NCBI RefSeq assembly: GCF_963921235.1 | Contig: NC_086108.1 | Coordinates: forward strand, 107,696,001 to 107,760,000 | Reading direction: 5' to 3' | From: Mobula hypostoma | Taxonomy: Eukaryota | Length of the DNA stretch: 64,000 nt | Part shown: in pieces, positions 46,946 to 60,878 of the stretch | Layout: every line of letters begins with the position of its first letter | Position numbering within the stretch: position 1 is the stretch's first letter | Translations under genes and position numbers: made by a program | Notes under the pieces: model-generated | Database searches by the model: none | Seen by the model: the letters and a program-made list of their open reading frames with translations, nothing else | What the model was told of the DNA's origin: nothing

Positions 46946-47669
46946 TACCTTCTCATATTAGAATCCGAGTCAGATTTATTATAATTTACATATGATGTGA
47001 AGTAAGATGTTTCACAGGATGTGCAAAGATTAAAAAAAATTATAAGTTACAAAACTAAGTAACTAGCACTGACGAGTAGCGAGGTAGTGTTCGTGGGTTT
47101 ATGGACCATTCAGAAATCTGATGGCTGTGGGGAAGAAGCTGTTCCTGAATTGTTAAGGTCTTCATCCCCAGCCACTTTGTTTTTTGCCATAGTAGATTGG
47201 TGGACCAAAGGAAACTGAAGAACAACAGGCAGGTGGAGTCAGGTAGAGGTCAGGAAGAAGTGGGTGGCATGGGTAGTGTGTTGCTTTACAGCGCCAATGA
47301 TCAGAAGACTGGGCTTCAATTCCTCCCACTGTCTTTAGGGAGTTTCGACATTCTCCTTTTGAAGGTTTAGGTTTCTTCCAGATGCTTCAGTTTCCATCCA
47401 CATTCCTAAGATGTATAGTTTAGTGTTAGTAAGATGTGGGCATATTATGTTGGCACGGGAAGGGTGGCGACACTTAGTTGACATTAACAATGCATTTTAC
47501 TATGTGCTTTTTTGTTTTGATGAAGATGTGACAAATAAAGCTAATTTTTAATCTTTAAAAGAAAGTGGAAACAGCAAAAGGGTGATAAGGCAGGAACACA
47601 AACACCACCTGTGCTGGAAGCTTGACGGGAAGCTGGAGGGAAAAGTCGGAAGGATCGGATACTGATTGC

Positions 47670-48330
47670 TGATGGCATGTCTGGTATTGGCAGAATCACA
47701 GATGGCAATGAGGAAGCATTCAGGAGTGAGATAGATCAGCTGGTTGAGCAGAGTCAGAACAACAAGCTTGCACACAATACCGGCAAGAGCAAGGGACTGA
47801 TTGTGGACTTCAGGAAGGGAATTGGGAAAACACACACCTGTCCCCTTGAGGAGTCAACATTGGCAATGGTGAGCAGCTTCAGGGTGTCAACATCTCTGAA
47901 GATCAATCCCCCGGCAAACATATCGATACATTCACAAAGCAGCCATGCCAGCGGCTATATTTCATTCGAAGTCTGAAGAGATCGGGATGTCACCAAAGAC
48001 TACAAATTTCGTCGCATAGAGAACATCCTGACTGGTGGCACCACGGCCTGGTATGGAAACTCTAAAGCACAGGATCAGAAAAAGCTGTAGAGGATTGTGG
48101 ACTCAGTCATCTCCATCATGGGCACCAGACTCCCCGACCTCGAGGATATCTTTAAAGGGTGGTGCCTCAGGAAGCTGGCATCCATCATTATGAGCCTTCA
48201 CCATGCAGGGCGTGCCCTCTTCTCATTGCTACCATCATGGAGGAGGCACAAAAGCCTGAAGGCCCACACTGAATGTTTTAGGAACAGCTTCTTCCCCTCT
48301 CCTATCAGATTTCTGAAAGGACAATGAACA
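47670..48330 (+). mobile_element. Rex/Babar ORF C-terminal fragment
   Basis: [34 protein letters not shown]. Confidence 0.8.
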
Positions 48331-49329
48331 CTACCTCACTTTTTCAACTCTCTTTTTGTGGTTTATTTATTTATTATTTATTCAGAGGTATGACGCAGAA
48401 TAGACCCTTCTGGCTACACTGCTCAGGTTAAACCCTAACCTAACCACGGGCAATTTACAATGACCTGTAAACCTACCCAGTATGCCTTTGGACTATGAGA
48501 GGAAACCGGAGGCTCCGGAGAAAACACATGCATTCCATGGAAGGACATACAGAGACACCTTACAAAGGGCACTGGGTTTGAACTCTGACGCTCTGGGCTG
48601 TAATAGCGTTTCGCTAACCACTACTTTTTAATTGTAATTTATAATAAATTTTCATGTATTGCACAGCACGGCTGCCACCAAATACCAAATTTCATGGCAT
48701 GCTGTACATCTGAGATAATAATGACGATTGTAATTCTGATTCTGCTCGACAAAAGTAGGTAGGCCTGTTTGCGTAAAAATGGGAAGAGGCAACTATTACA
48801 ACTTTTACTTTTCAATAAATTGCAACCAAATTGGTGATAATAAATGTATCTTCACATTCATGACCATCTGTTGCTCTCCCCAGTTTTACTAATCAGATAT
48901 TTTTCCCCATGATTTATCCAGTTAAAATATTCAGCAGCATGTTTGGCTTTTCATATTAATTTTTGGTTTATTTTTGTCTCATTTACTGAGCTTTAGTCAA
49001 AAACTTTTGTTTTCCTTTCCAACATGACAGATCACACCATATGTAATTACATCAAAGTTGTAAAAACCCATAAGACCTTAAGGCATTGTCGGGCTGTACA
49101 GTAGTGTAGTGGTTAGCACAACGCTTTACAGTACCAGCAACCCAGGTTCATTCCCAGCCGCTGTCTGTAACGAGTTTGCACGTTCTCCTCGTGACCACGT
49201 TGGTTTCTTCCAGCTGCCCTGTGGTCCTCCCACATTCGGTTGGTAGGTTAATTGGTAATTGTAATTCGTTCCATGATTACGCAAGGATTAAGTTTGGGGG
49301 TTGCTGGGCAGCCCAAAAGGCTGGAAGGG

Positions 49330-50530
49330 TGTAATACAAGGATGTAATGTTGTGAATTTATAAAGCACTGGTGAGGCCTTGTGTGGAGTATTGTGAGCAG
49401 GTTTAGGCCCCTTACAGACATCCCACCTCTCCCAGAAGTTCCGGGAGTCTCCCACATATTGATAGTGACTCTCTGATGCCCACAAATTACATACAATGTC
49501 CCGGAAATCGATTTTTTTGAGAGTGAGCGAGAGTGAGAGCACGAGAGTCAGAGTGAGAGCACGAGAGCGAGAGAGAGAGAGAGAACAAGAGAGCGTGTGA
49601 GAGTGAGAGCGAGAGAGAGTGCAAGTGAGAGCGTGAGAGAGAGAGAGAGTGCGCCATGGCAGAGTGTTCCAAAAAAAGAAAATATAAAACGTACGTCAGC
49701 CCAGACTACACTAAAGTGTACCCCTGACTAATAGGGGTCAAAATAATGACAGTGTTGCTCGCTGCACTGTTTGCAACAGTGACTTTTCTATTGCCCATGG
49801 TGGGTTAAGACTGTAAAAGACGTGTGAGGTGAGATTAACAGGTGTCATTCGTTCATTAGTGTAGCTAACGTTATTTAAACTAGCTGGCCAGCTGCTAAGG
49901 AGCTACTCTATTGCAGACTTCCCACCTCTCCCAGAAGTTCTGGGAGTCTCCCGCAAATTGATGGTGCTACCTCCCTGAAATGAGTTTTTTCAGGGTGGGA
50001 TGTCTGCCCTTATCTTAAAAAGCATATGCTGAAAGTGGAGAGGGCTCAAAGGAGGTTCACAAAAATTATTCCAGGATTGAATGGCTTGTAATATGAAGAG
50101 TGGTTGATGGCTCTGGGCCAGTATTCTCTGGAATACAGAAGAATGAGGGTTGACCTCATTGAAACCTATGGAATGGTGAAAGGCTTTGGATGTGGAGTGG
50201 ATATTTCCTATGATGGGAGAGTCTAAGACCAGAGGACACAGCCTCAGTGTAGAGCAGCCTCCTTCTTTCAGAACAGAGAACAGGGGAATTTCTGTAGCTT
50301 GCGAATGGTGAATCTGCGGAATTCTTTGCCACAAGCAGCTGTGGAGGACAAGTTATGTATATTTAGGGCAGATGTTGGTAGACTCTTGATTGGTGAGGGC
50401 AGGTAGGGATACAGGGAGAGGGCAGGTGATTTGGGCTGAGAGGAAAATTGGATCAGCCATAATAAAATAGGACAGCAGACTTGATGGGCCTAATGGCCTA
50501 ATTCTGCTCCTATGTTTTATGGTCTTGTAG
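49330..50530 (+). mobile_element. CR1 3' fragment split by the hAT-like element
   Basis: tataaagcactggtgaggcct..gagtattgtgagcag..ggcccctta resumes as cccttatc..; 3'UTR at about 50400-50530. Confidence 0.8.
49415..50006 (+). mobile_element. Non-autonomous hAT-like DNA transposon, copy 2
   Basis: Same TIR as 1778-2343, 6-bp TSD CCCTTA, MAECSKKRKYKTYV..CTVCNSDFSIAHGG remnant. Confidence 0.87.
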
Positions 50531-51141
50531 TCTAAGGGCATATTCCATGTTGTATGTCAATACAATTAAATTTAAAAACATAGGAGCTGAATTAGGCCAT
50601 TTGGCCCATCAACTGTGCTCCACCATTCCATCATGGCTGATTTATTATCCCACTCAACCCCATTTGCCTGCCTTCTCCCTGTAATCATTGACACCCTGAC
50701 TAATCAAGGACGTACTAACCTCTGCATTTAATATACCCAATGGCATAGCCTCAAGATTTGGGGAAATAAATTTCAGACAGAGATGAGGAGAAACTCCTTT
50801 TCCCAGGGAGAAGTGAAACTATGGAATTCACTGCCCAGGGAAGCAGTAGAGGCCTCCTCATTAAATAGATTTAAGACGCAGTTAGATTTTTGCATAATAG
50901 GGTAATTAAGGGGTATGGGGAAAAGACAGGTACGTGTGACCTTTAGTAATCAAGAATACAGAATGCAGAATATCAAGTTCAAGTACAAGTTTGATTGTCA
51001 TACAACAATACACATGAATATAACCAAATGAAACAGTGTTCCTCAGGGATCATGGTAAAAAACACAGTACCAACAGTCACACACATCACAGGGCACATAT
51101 AGCACGTGATTACAATGTTTGTACAATAGCAGAGAGCATAC

Positions 51142-51391
51142 TCTTTTGTTTTGTATCTTCAAAACATTAAACTAATTCAAAAGAAGGAACAGGAGTCTGA
51201 AATGTGTGTCTAACTTCAAGTTTATTTTAAGCGAGGTGTGCCTGTATCACATATTTGTGTGATGATGTATGTAATTAATGTATTTTTACATATATTCTGT
51301 AATTATTTAAACAAACATGAGTGCTTAAGTAAACAATATATATATATATACAAGATTACTCAAATATTATTGAAATATCAAATACACAACA
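51142..51391 (-). mobile_element. Solo LTR, copy 3
   Basis: Homologous to 40926-41121; ends aaatacacaaca. Confidence 0.55.
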
Positions 51392-52526
51392 CATGGTCAC
51401 AAAAAATATAAATAGTATAGCCCACGTCCCTTTTTTCTGTATTGATGGTGCATGGGGTGTTGCCCTGGAGCCAGGTTTCTGCAAGAACAAGCATACAGCA
51501 GTTCCTTATCTTGCGCAAGTGCAGTATGGTATTACAGTTACAGGGAAAGTACAATGCAGGTGGACAAATGAAGTACAAGGGCCATATTGAGGTAGACTTG
51601 GAGATCTAGTGTTCATCTTTTAACGTACGAGAGGTCCTTTCAAGAGGCTGATAACAGTGAGATCAAAGTCTGATGTTACGCATGCAAATTTTTGGTGATT
51701 TGTGAAAAGCAGTGAAAGCTGCATTCTTAAAGCAAAAGGCATAGCTACCTCTGTAAGATATATTGCCGTAACTGGAGCTGTATTTGCTAGAATAGTAAAA
51801 GCAAAATTTCTCAGAGGTTAGCACAGATAGTTGAAGGAATTCAGCAGGTCAGACAGCATCTGAAGAGGGGAATAAACAATCAATCTTTCAGGCCAAGACT
51901 CTTCATCAACATGTCTTGATGAAGGCCCAAAATGTCAACTGCTTATTTCCTTACAAAGGGTGTCTGCCCGAAAGGACCAGTCTCCTCTCCTATCAGATTT
52001 TTTCTTCTTCAGCCCTTTATGTCTTCCACCTGTCACCTCCCAGCATCTTACTTCATTCCTCCTCCTTTACCTGGTCTTGTCAATCACCTGCTAGCTTGTA
52101 TTCCTTTCCCTCCTCCTACCTTCTTGTCCCTTTCTTTCAGTTTCAAGGGTCTCAGCCTGAAACGTCGGGTGAGTTCCTCCAGCAGTTATCTGTGTTACTC
52201 TGGAATCGCTTATGGTTTCTAAGCAGGTCGTCTGTTGTGAAACTGAAAATAGAAATCTAGCTTAGCAGCAAATTAATAGCAAATCCTCAGAAGTCAATCT
52301 CATTCTTCCCTCTTTCATATGCTCCCTATCCTTGGCACAGTTTATTATACAAGTTTTACCAGGAAGGAACAGATCTACTTTGAAATTCACTGAACGACTT
52401 TAGAGGAAATATTTACTTATTGACAATTTTACCACACTACCTTATGTTGATGGGAGGAACAAGATCTTGCGACTTCAGGTGCAGTGGTTGCATTTAGAAT
52501 TGCTGAGGCTTGGAGGCATTATAGCA

Positions 52527-53505
52527 GAATCAGAGTCAAAATCAGGTTTAATATCACTTATGTTGTGAACTGTTTTGTTTTTGCAGCAGCAGTAGATTGT
52601 AATACATAATAAAAACTGTGAATTACTGTAAACATATACAGTTAAATTTAATAAGTAATGCAGAAAAGTAGTGGGGTTGTGGTCACGAGTACAATGTTCA
52701 TTCAGAAATCTGATGGCAGAGGGGAAGAAGCTATTCCTGAATTATTGAGTGTGTGTCTTCAGGCTTCTGTGCTTCCAACTTACTGGTAGCAGTGAGAAGA
52801 GGGTACGTCCTGGGTGAAGGGGGTCCTTAATGATGCATGTTGCCTTTTTGATCACTGCTCCTTGAAGATGTCCTGGATACTATGGATGCTCGTGCCCATG
52901 ATGGAGCTGACTGAGTTCACAACTTTCTGCAGCTTCTTTTGATCCTATGCAGTGACCCCCCCCCGCCCCCACCACCCATACCAGATGGTAATATGGTCAT
53001 TTAAAATGTTTTCTATGGTAAATGTGTAGAACTTTGCAAGTGTCTTTGGTGACTTACAAAGTCTCCTCAAACTTCTAACGAAATACATAGCTGCTGCCTT
53101 GCCTTCCCTGTAACTACACCAATACACTTGGCCCAAGATAGATCCACAGAGAAGGTGACGCGCTGGAACTTGAAATTGCTCACTCTTTCCACTTCAGATC
53201 CCTCTACGAGGGCTGGTGGGTGTTCCCTCATCCTACCCTTCCTGAAGTCCACAGTCAGTTCTGCAGTCTTGCTGGTGCAGAGTGCAAGGTTGTGGCTGTG
53301 ACACCACTCAACTAGCTATTATCCCTCACTTTTGTACACCTTCTCGTCACCATCTGAGATTCTGCCGTCAGAAGTTCTGTCATAGGCGAATTTATAGACG
53401 ACATTTGAGCTGTGCCTAGCCACACAGTCATGAGTGTAGAGAGGGGAGAGCAGTGGGCTAAGCACACAGCCTTGAGGTGCACCAGTGTTGATTGTCAGCG
53501 GGGTG
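52527..53505 (-). mobile_element. Rex/Babar 3' fragment (RT C-terminus and UTR)
   Basis: [24 protein letters not shown]; cagaatcag tail. Confidence 0.85.
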
Positions 53506-53914
53506 GAAATATTTTTTTCCAGTCTGCACAGACTGTGGCCTTCCAATAAGGATAACTCAGGATATATTGTTAATAAAGGCAATCTGGCAGTTGTGATGCT
53601 GAAGGAGATACCAGAGAGAAAGAGAGACAACAATTTTACTCCCTTTCTATCGCCGTCCTGCTTGCTTGCCTCTTATTCTTCATTTAACTCGCTCATGCAG
53701 AAATTATTTCTTTAATAATTTCTCACCTGGTTCTCAGACTGGACACACTCCCTCTCGGCTTGCGTGCCTGCCTTTCATCTTCTGCACCACCTTCTCGTCT
53801 GCTGAGTCAGTCCCCTCACTGGCAACCCCCTAGCTCTTCCCCCACCTGATCTGCTATTGTTCCTTCTCCACCTCCGACAGAATCAAAAATCAAAATCGTC
53901 TTATACGCCCAATC

Positions 53915-54283
53915 GTAGGTGCATAAGATGATGAGAGGTATTGATTGTGCGGATAGCCAGAGGCTTTTTCCCAGGGCTGAAATGGCTAACACGAGGGGTC
54001 ATAGTTCTAAGGTGCTTGGAGGCAGGTACAAGGCCGAAGTCAGAGGTAATTTTCTCACACAGAGAGTTGTGGATATGTGGAATGCACTGCCAGTGAAGGT
54101 GGTGGAAGCGAATGCAATAAGGTCTTTTAAGAGACTCAAAGGTATATGGAGCTTAGAAAAATACTGGGCTATGTGGTACGGAAATCCTAGGCAGTTTCTA
54201 GAGTGGCTTACATGGTCAGCACAACATTGAGGGCCGAAGGGCCTGTAATGTGCTGTAGATTTCTATGCTCTATGTTCTATGCA
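53915..54283 (+). mobile_element. CR1 3' fragment
   Basis: KMMRGID..TRGH..QRVVDMWNALP; ctatgttctatg tail; same subfamily as 11659 and 60895-61075. Confidence 0.8.
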
Positions 54284-54809
54284 ATATCAGATTTATGATC
54301 ACTGACATACTGTTGTGAAATTTATTGTTTTGTGGCAGCAGTGCAGTGCAATATATAAAATCTACTATAAATTACAATATATATAATTAATTAAGTAAGT
54401 AGAGCAAAAAGAGAGCTAAAATAGTGATGTAGTGTTCATGGAATCATCGTCCATTGAGAAATGTGATGCTGGAGGGGAAGAAGCTGTTCATAAAATATTG
54501 AGTTTTGCCTTCAGGCTTGTATATGCCTCCTCTCAATGAGAAGAAGACGCATCGTGGGTGGTGAGGTTCCTTAATGATAGATGTGTCGCTCTTTGAAAGC
54601 GCCCTTGATGGTGGGGTAGGTCGTGCCCATGATGACACTGCTCTCTTTCTCTCTCTTACTCGCACACGTGCTCTCCCTTTCTGTTGATCGCACTTGGTCC
54701 ATCACGCGGTCTAAGCCAAGTCCATCGTCATCTGCGCAAGTCCGTGTGTGCACAGGTGCAATGAAAAACTTACTTGCAGCAGCATCACAGGCACAGAGCA
54801 TTATTCATA

Positions 54810-55385
54810 AGAACGTAAGACATAGGGGCAGAATTGGGCCATTCGGCCCATCGAGTCTGCTGTTCCATTCCGTCATGGTTGATGTATTATCCCTCTCAAC
54901 CTCATTCTCCTGCCTTCTTCCCGTATTCTTTGACACCCTTACTAATCAAGAACCCATCGACCTCCACTTTAAATATACCCAATGATTTGGCCTCCGCAGC
55001 TGTCTATGGTAATGAATTTCACAGATTCGATACCCTCTGGCTAAAGAAATTCCTCCTCATCTCTGTTCTAATGGAACATTTTTGCCTTCTGAGGCTGTGC
55101 CCTCGGGTCCTAGACTCCCCCACAATAGGAAGCATCCTCTCCAAGTTGACTCTATCTAGACCTTCCAATATTTGATAGGTTTGAATGCAATCCCCCTCAT
55201 TCTTTTAAACTCCAGCAAGTAAACGTTCCTCATGTTAACCCTTTCATTCCCTAGTCATACTCGTGAACCTTCACTGGACCCTCTCCAGTGCAAAACTGCT
55301 GAAAATACTCCAAATGTGGTCTGACCAATGTCTTAAGAAGCTTCAACATTACATCCTTGCTTTTATATGTGAGTCCTCTTGAAAG
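54810..55385 (-). mobile_element. CR1 3' fragment
   Basis: YKSKDVMLKL..LVRPHLEY and 3'UTR on the minus strand. Confidence 0.78.
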
Positions 55386-56250
55386 AGAAACATAATTTAA
55401 ACATAAATTATGCAAGAAGGAAGAACTAGTGCAAAAAGAAACAAAGTCCACTGTAGCACAAAATGCTCACAGTATCTGTACTGAGATGGTGATTAGGTTG
55501 TGAATGTTGGTCCAGGAGCCGAATGGTTGAAGGGAAGTAGCTGTTCTTGTTCTTGAACGTGGCCATGTGGGACTTTAGGCTTCTGTACCTCCTACCTGAT
55601 GATAGCTGTGAGAAGATGGCATGGCCTAGGCAGTGGGGATCTTTAATCATATGTTGCCTTCTTAAGGAATGCTCCATGATGATACTATTGATGATGGAGA
55701 GTGCTATGCCATTGATATATTGCCCAGTCCACTATTTTCTGTAACTTTATATGTTCTTGTGTATTCAAATTGCTGTAACAGACCATGATGCAACCAGTCA
55801 GGACACTTTTTGAATTCCTTTCTCTTTCATTCCCTCATTTTCTGCCACACCCTGACTCACTCAACTATTCCCTCGTTCTCTCTCACCCTCTCTCTCTGCT
55901 GCTCTCCCTTTCCCTTTCACCCACTCTTTCTCCTCTCCCACCCGCCACGCTGACTGACTGAGCCTTGTGCAGTCTCCATGGCAACTTTCCTAATGGTTTG
56001 CTCACCAAATGCACAAAAAGGAAGAAAGAAGAGCAGGCTTAGGCCGCGAAACGACGTTTGCCCACTTTGCTCTGCAGCTGCTGCCTGACCTGCCGAGTAC
56101 CTTCTGAGTTTTTGTGTGTTGCTTCAGATTCCAGCCTTGCCAATTCTCTTGTTTCTCAGCTCTGCCCTGATATTCAGTGTGATCAGCATCACAACAGCAC
56201 CACCAGACTGACAACAAGTCCTTTCCCCAAGTAGTAAGGCTGATTGACCC

Positions 56251-56378
56251 CTCCACACACTAACCTACCCCTCCACACACTAACCTACCCCTCCACACAC
56301 TAACCTACCCCTCCACACACTAACCTACCCCTCCACACACTAACCTACCCCTCCGCACACTAACCTACCCCTCCACAC
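56251..56378. repeat. 20-bp minisatellite (CTCCACACACTAACCTACCC) x6.4
   Basis: Directly visible; one substitution in unit 6; lies within a Rex-type 3'UTR. Confidence 0.95.
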
Positions 56379-58244
56379 CCCCAACCCCCACTACTTTATC
56401 ATTTCCTGTCAGTCACCCTATGTACGGACACTCCTGAGCCCAGAGTCATTTTTATGGACATAAAGTCAATCTATGTATATACAAAAATGATCTTAAGTAT
56501 TTAGATGTATTGTTTTTTATTATTATTGTGTTCTTTACCTTACTGTGTTTTTTTGTGCTGCATCAGATCCAGCGTTACAGCTATTTAGTCTGCTTTACGC
56601 TTGTGTACTGGAAATGACCGTAAACAATCTTGAATCTTGAATCCTTCGGTGTGTATACATTTCAGTGTATATGGAACAAATAAATCAGATTAATGTAATA
56701 ATGACTCCACATCCCAATCCTGGTACTCAGTGCCCTGGCCCATGAAGTCAAACGGGCCAAATACCTTCTTTGCAATTTCTATCATCTGTATTAATTATAG
56801 TAAACACAGGAAATTCTGCAGATGCTGGAAATCTTGACCAATGTACTCAAAATGTTGGCGAACTCTATAGGCAGCCATCTTTACTTTATGAACCATCTTT
56901 ATGGACCGTACAATCAACCTATGTATATAAGCTATCTTATTTATTTATATTTTTGTGTTTTTAATTATTATTGTGTTCTTTATCATATTGTTTGTCTGCT
57001 TGTGTCGCATTGGATATAGAGTAACAATTATTTCATTCTCCTTTACGCATGTGTACTGGAAATGACATTAAACTATCTTGAATCTTGAACCTTGATCATG
57101 GCTGAACTGTCCTAGGCCTCATCTCCTCTTCTGGGCCTGTTCCCAATGGCCCATATTTCATTGATCTTATGAAAACTTACTCCACTTTCACTTCAGATCC
57201 TTCCAATAAGAATCAGAATCAGGTTTATTCTCACTGATATATGTCATGAGATTTGTTGTTTAGTGTTGTTCAGTGCAAGACATAAAAAATACTGTAAATG
57301 ACAAAACAAATAAATAAATAGGACTAACAAGGTAGTTCTTGAGGGAACAAGGACTCACGGAGTCATAAATCAGGTGGCAGTGTGGAAGAAGTTGCTCCTG
57401 AGCCATTGATTGTGTATCTTCAGATTCCTTCCTGAGGAAGAGGAAGCATCCTTGATGGTAGTAATAAGAAGAACATGTCATCAATGGTAGAAATGAGAAG
57501 AGATGAGGATTCTCAATGATGGATATCACCTCAACAATTTTCTTTAGCAGAGAAGTTCAGATGATCCTCACCCTATCTAAGAAGAAATGTCTACACACCT
57601 TTTTAAATGTCTTCCCCTTACGTTGAATCATCAAGGATGCAGCGCATGGAACCGAGATGGACATCTTGGTTAGCATGGAACCCAATTCATCCAAGTTAGG
57701 CAAAGTACCAATTTGAACTATTGCCCTTTGCCTGCATTTGGCCCATGTCTCTCTGAAGCTTTCCTATCCAAACCTTTGTAGCTGTGTCCCCATGCCTGAG
57801 ACTCTACCACAAGTGAAAACATCTCAAACTTTAACTGTTTATTGATTTCCATAGAAGCTGCCTGACCTGTTGAGTTTCTTCAGCATTTTGTGTATGTTGC
57901 TCTAGATTTCTAGCATCTGCAGACTTTTTCATGTTTACATCTCAGTTCACAAGATATTCTGCAGATACTGGAAATCCTGAGCAACACACACAAAAGGTAG
58001 CACAGTACCATACTGGTTAGTGCTAGCAGTCGGCGATCAGTGATTGGGGTACAATTCCTGCCACTGTCGGAAAGGAGTTTGTACATTTGTCCTGTAACTG
58101 TGTATTTCTTCTGGGTGCTCCAGTTTTCTTTCACATTCCAAAGACTTACTGGTTAGGGTATGTAAGTTGTAGGCATGCTATGTTGGTGCTGGAAGCGTGG
58201 TGTCTCTTGAGGGCGGACCAGCACAGTCCTTGCTGATTTGATTT

Positions 58245-58923
58245 TTTTTTAGATTATGAAAACACTCAGTCCTCGTTTATTGTCATTTAGAAATGCATGC
58301 ATGAATTAAGAAATGCTACAATGTTCCTCCAGAGTGATATCACAGAAAACAGGACAGACGAAAGACTAACACTGACAGAACCACATAATTACAACATATA
58401 GTTACAGCAGTGCAAAGCAATACCATAATTTGATAAAGAGCAGACCATGGGCACGGTAAAAAAAAGTCTCAAAGTCCCGATCGACTCCCGAGTCCCCGAT
58501 AGCAGGCGGCAAAAGGAGAATCTCCCTGCCATGAACCTCCAGGCACCGACAACTGCCGATGCCTTGGAAGCAGCTGACCACAGGCGACACCGAGTCCATC
58601 TGTCCGAAAACTTTGAGCCTCCGACCAGCCCCTCCGATAACAGCCTCCCGAGCGCCATCCTCTGCCGAGCGCCTTCGACCTCGTCCCAGCCGCTGAAACA
58701 CGCAAAGCCGAGGATTTGGGGCCTTCTCCTTCGGAGATTCTCGATCGCACAGTAGCAGCGGCAGCGAAGCGGGCATTTTGGAAGTTTCTCCAGATGTCCC
58801 TCCGTACTCTCATGTCTGTCTCCATCAGATCAGAATTGTGTACAGTACCCTACTTGACAAATAACAGACATCACCACCGGAGTGGCCACTGCGCACTGCC
58901 ATCTTTTCCTTCTCCTCCTCCCC
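58245..58923 (-). mobile_element. About 650-bp non-autonomous retroposon, copy 2
   Basis: Homologous to 42525-43169; inserted in a SINE tail with TTTGAT duplicated. Confidence 0.7.
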
Positions 58924-59359
58924 TTTGATGAAAAAAAAACATTTTACTGTATGGTTCAATATATATTTCTCAAATAAAGCTAATCTCTTCAAAAGATGCA
59001 AGAAGAACTCAGCAGGTCAGGCAGCATCTGTGGAGAGGAATAAACAGTAGACGTTTTGGGCCAAGACTATTCATCAGGATGTCTATCCTGCTAAGTCCTC
59101 TAAAAGGTAATGGCCCAAAATATCAATGTCCATTTGCCACTATAGTTGCTGCCTGACTCACTGAATTCAAAGTTAAAAGTCCAAAATCAATTTATTATCA
59201 AAGTACATATATCTCATTATATACTACCCCGAGCTACATTTTTTCACAGGCATTCACAGTAGAAGAAATACAATATCAATCAATGAAAAACTACACAGAA
59301 ACAGAAATTAACAAGCCACCAATGTGTGAATACATAAAAACAAATAAATAATAATAATA

Positions 59360-60878
59360 CTGTACCTTGAATTATAGAGTTATACCTTGACACACCTTCT
59401 TTACGTGGATGATTTGAAATTATACACACCTTCATCGGTAAAGCTAAAGCAATTAACTCGAAAGGTGAAACCATTTTTTTAAAGATATAAACATGAACTT
59501 TGGAATAGATAAGTGCAAAACATTAAACATAAGGAAAGGTGCAATAGGGCTAATACAATACAAAGCAGAGCAGTGGGATATAATACAACTGATGGATGAA
59601 TATGAAACATATACGTATCCAGGATATCAACAAGCAAAGAAAATAGATCATACTGTGAGAAAGGGAAACCTTTCGATAGAATTCACTTCAAGGCTCAAGA
59701 AAATCTGCCAAACAGAGCTCAGTAGTAAAAATATAACAAAGGCAATAAACAATTTTGTGATACCCATATTAATGTATTCTTCTGGCATAATATCTTGGTC
59801 TGAAACCGAAATGGAAAACTTACAAAAAGAAAGAACTGAAATGACCAATTTCAGAGAATATTATGTGCACTCGAATGCACTTCGATTAACACTACTTAAG
59901 ACAGAGGAGGAAGAGGAATAACAGACATAAAAAAAACTTACACAATAGTCAGATAAAACTTCTAAAGATATACTTTCATATCTTTCATAAAGAAAACAGG
60001 ATTCAGTGAGCATATGGAATTCTGATAAGATGTACACACTACTAAATTTAAATAAAAGCACAACCCGGAAAATATGAAGATATTATCATTACAGAAGGAA
60101 AAGTTAACCACTGGAAGAGCATGACCCTCTGTGGAAGACAACTGAGCAGACTAGAAAGTTTTGATTGGCTGGCTCAGAGCTGGAGACCTCTTCTCAGAAA
60201 AAGAGAGGTTAACATAAAAAAGACCAATAAATTCAGGATGAAAAATGCAGAAAATGCAAAGAGAAACCAGACACATTTCAGGATCCTGCAGCCTTTTAAT
60301 TATGTACACAGGCACAATCAAGAGGCAAGCATCAATCACCAAACTCTTGCTTAAAATATAAACTCATTAAAGGCACCATACTTACTATAAATACAAGTCT
60401 GATCCAGTTTTAGAGTCAGAATCCTACAAATTATATTACAACTGATCCATTATTACAGATAGGACAACCTAAAATAACTGTCCGGATGTAAGATTACAGG
60501 ATAAACAAGAACAGCTTACTTCATAGATATAGCCATTCCAAACGTACATATCATACAGAAGCCAATAAGTGAAAAACACCAGAAATATGCTGAAGTAAAA
60601 GGGGAAATTGAAAGATTATGGAATATGAGCAAGGTATACATGGTCCCATTATTAATATCTACAACTGGTGTCATCCCAAAGTCACTACACAATAACATTA
60701 AACAAATAGCCCTACACAGCACTATTTATGTAAATGTCCAGAAAGCCACAATACTAAACACCACTAGAATAGTCCGAAAGTTCCTAGCAATTGAGAAATG
60801 AGTGTGCTTGGCTATGCCTCCACCTCAGGTTTTACCAGTCTGAGCTGAGAAAAAATAAAAAAATAATAATAAATAAAC
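59360..60878 (+). mobile_element. 5'-truncated R4/Dong-like LINE (RT plus restriction-like endonuclease), decayed
   Basis: LYVDDLKLY, MNFGIDKC, KAINNFVIP, CRKC..H..GSC, RHN, PD..DIAIP, EKHQKY, STTGVIPK; (TAA)-rich flanks. Confidence 0.8.

Noticed and set aside
53522..53715. Possible exon after tttttttccAG
   Set aside because: No donor site; acceptor-like sequence sits at a Rex fragment boundary
56251..56378. CRISPR-like or telomeric array
   Set aside because: Head-to-tail units with no spacers; not TTAGGG; eukaryotic context
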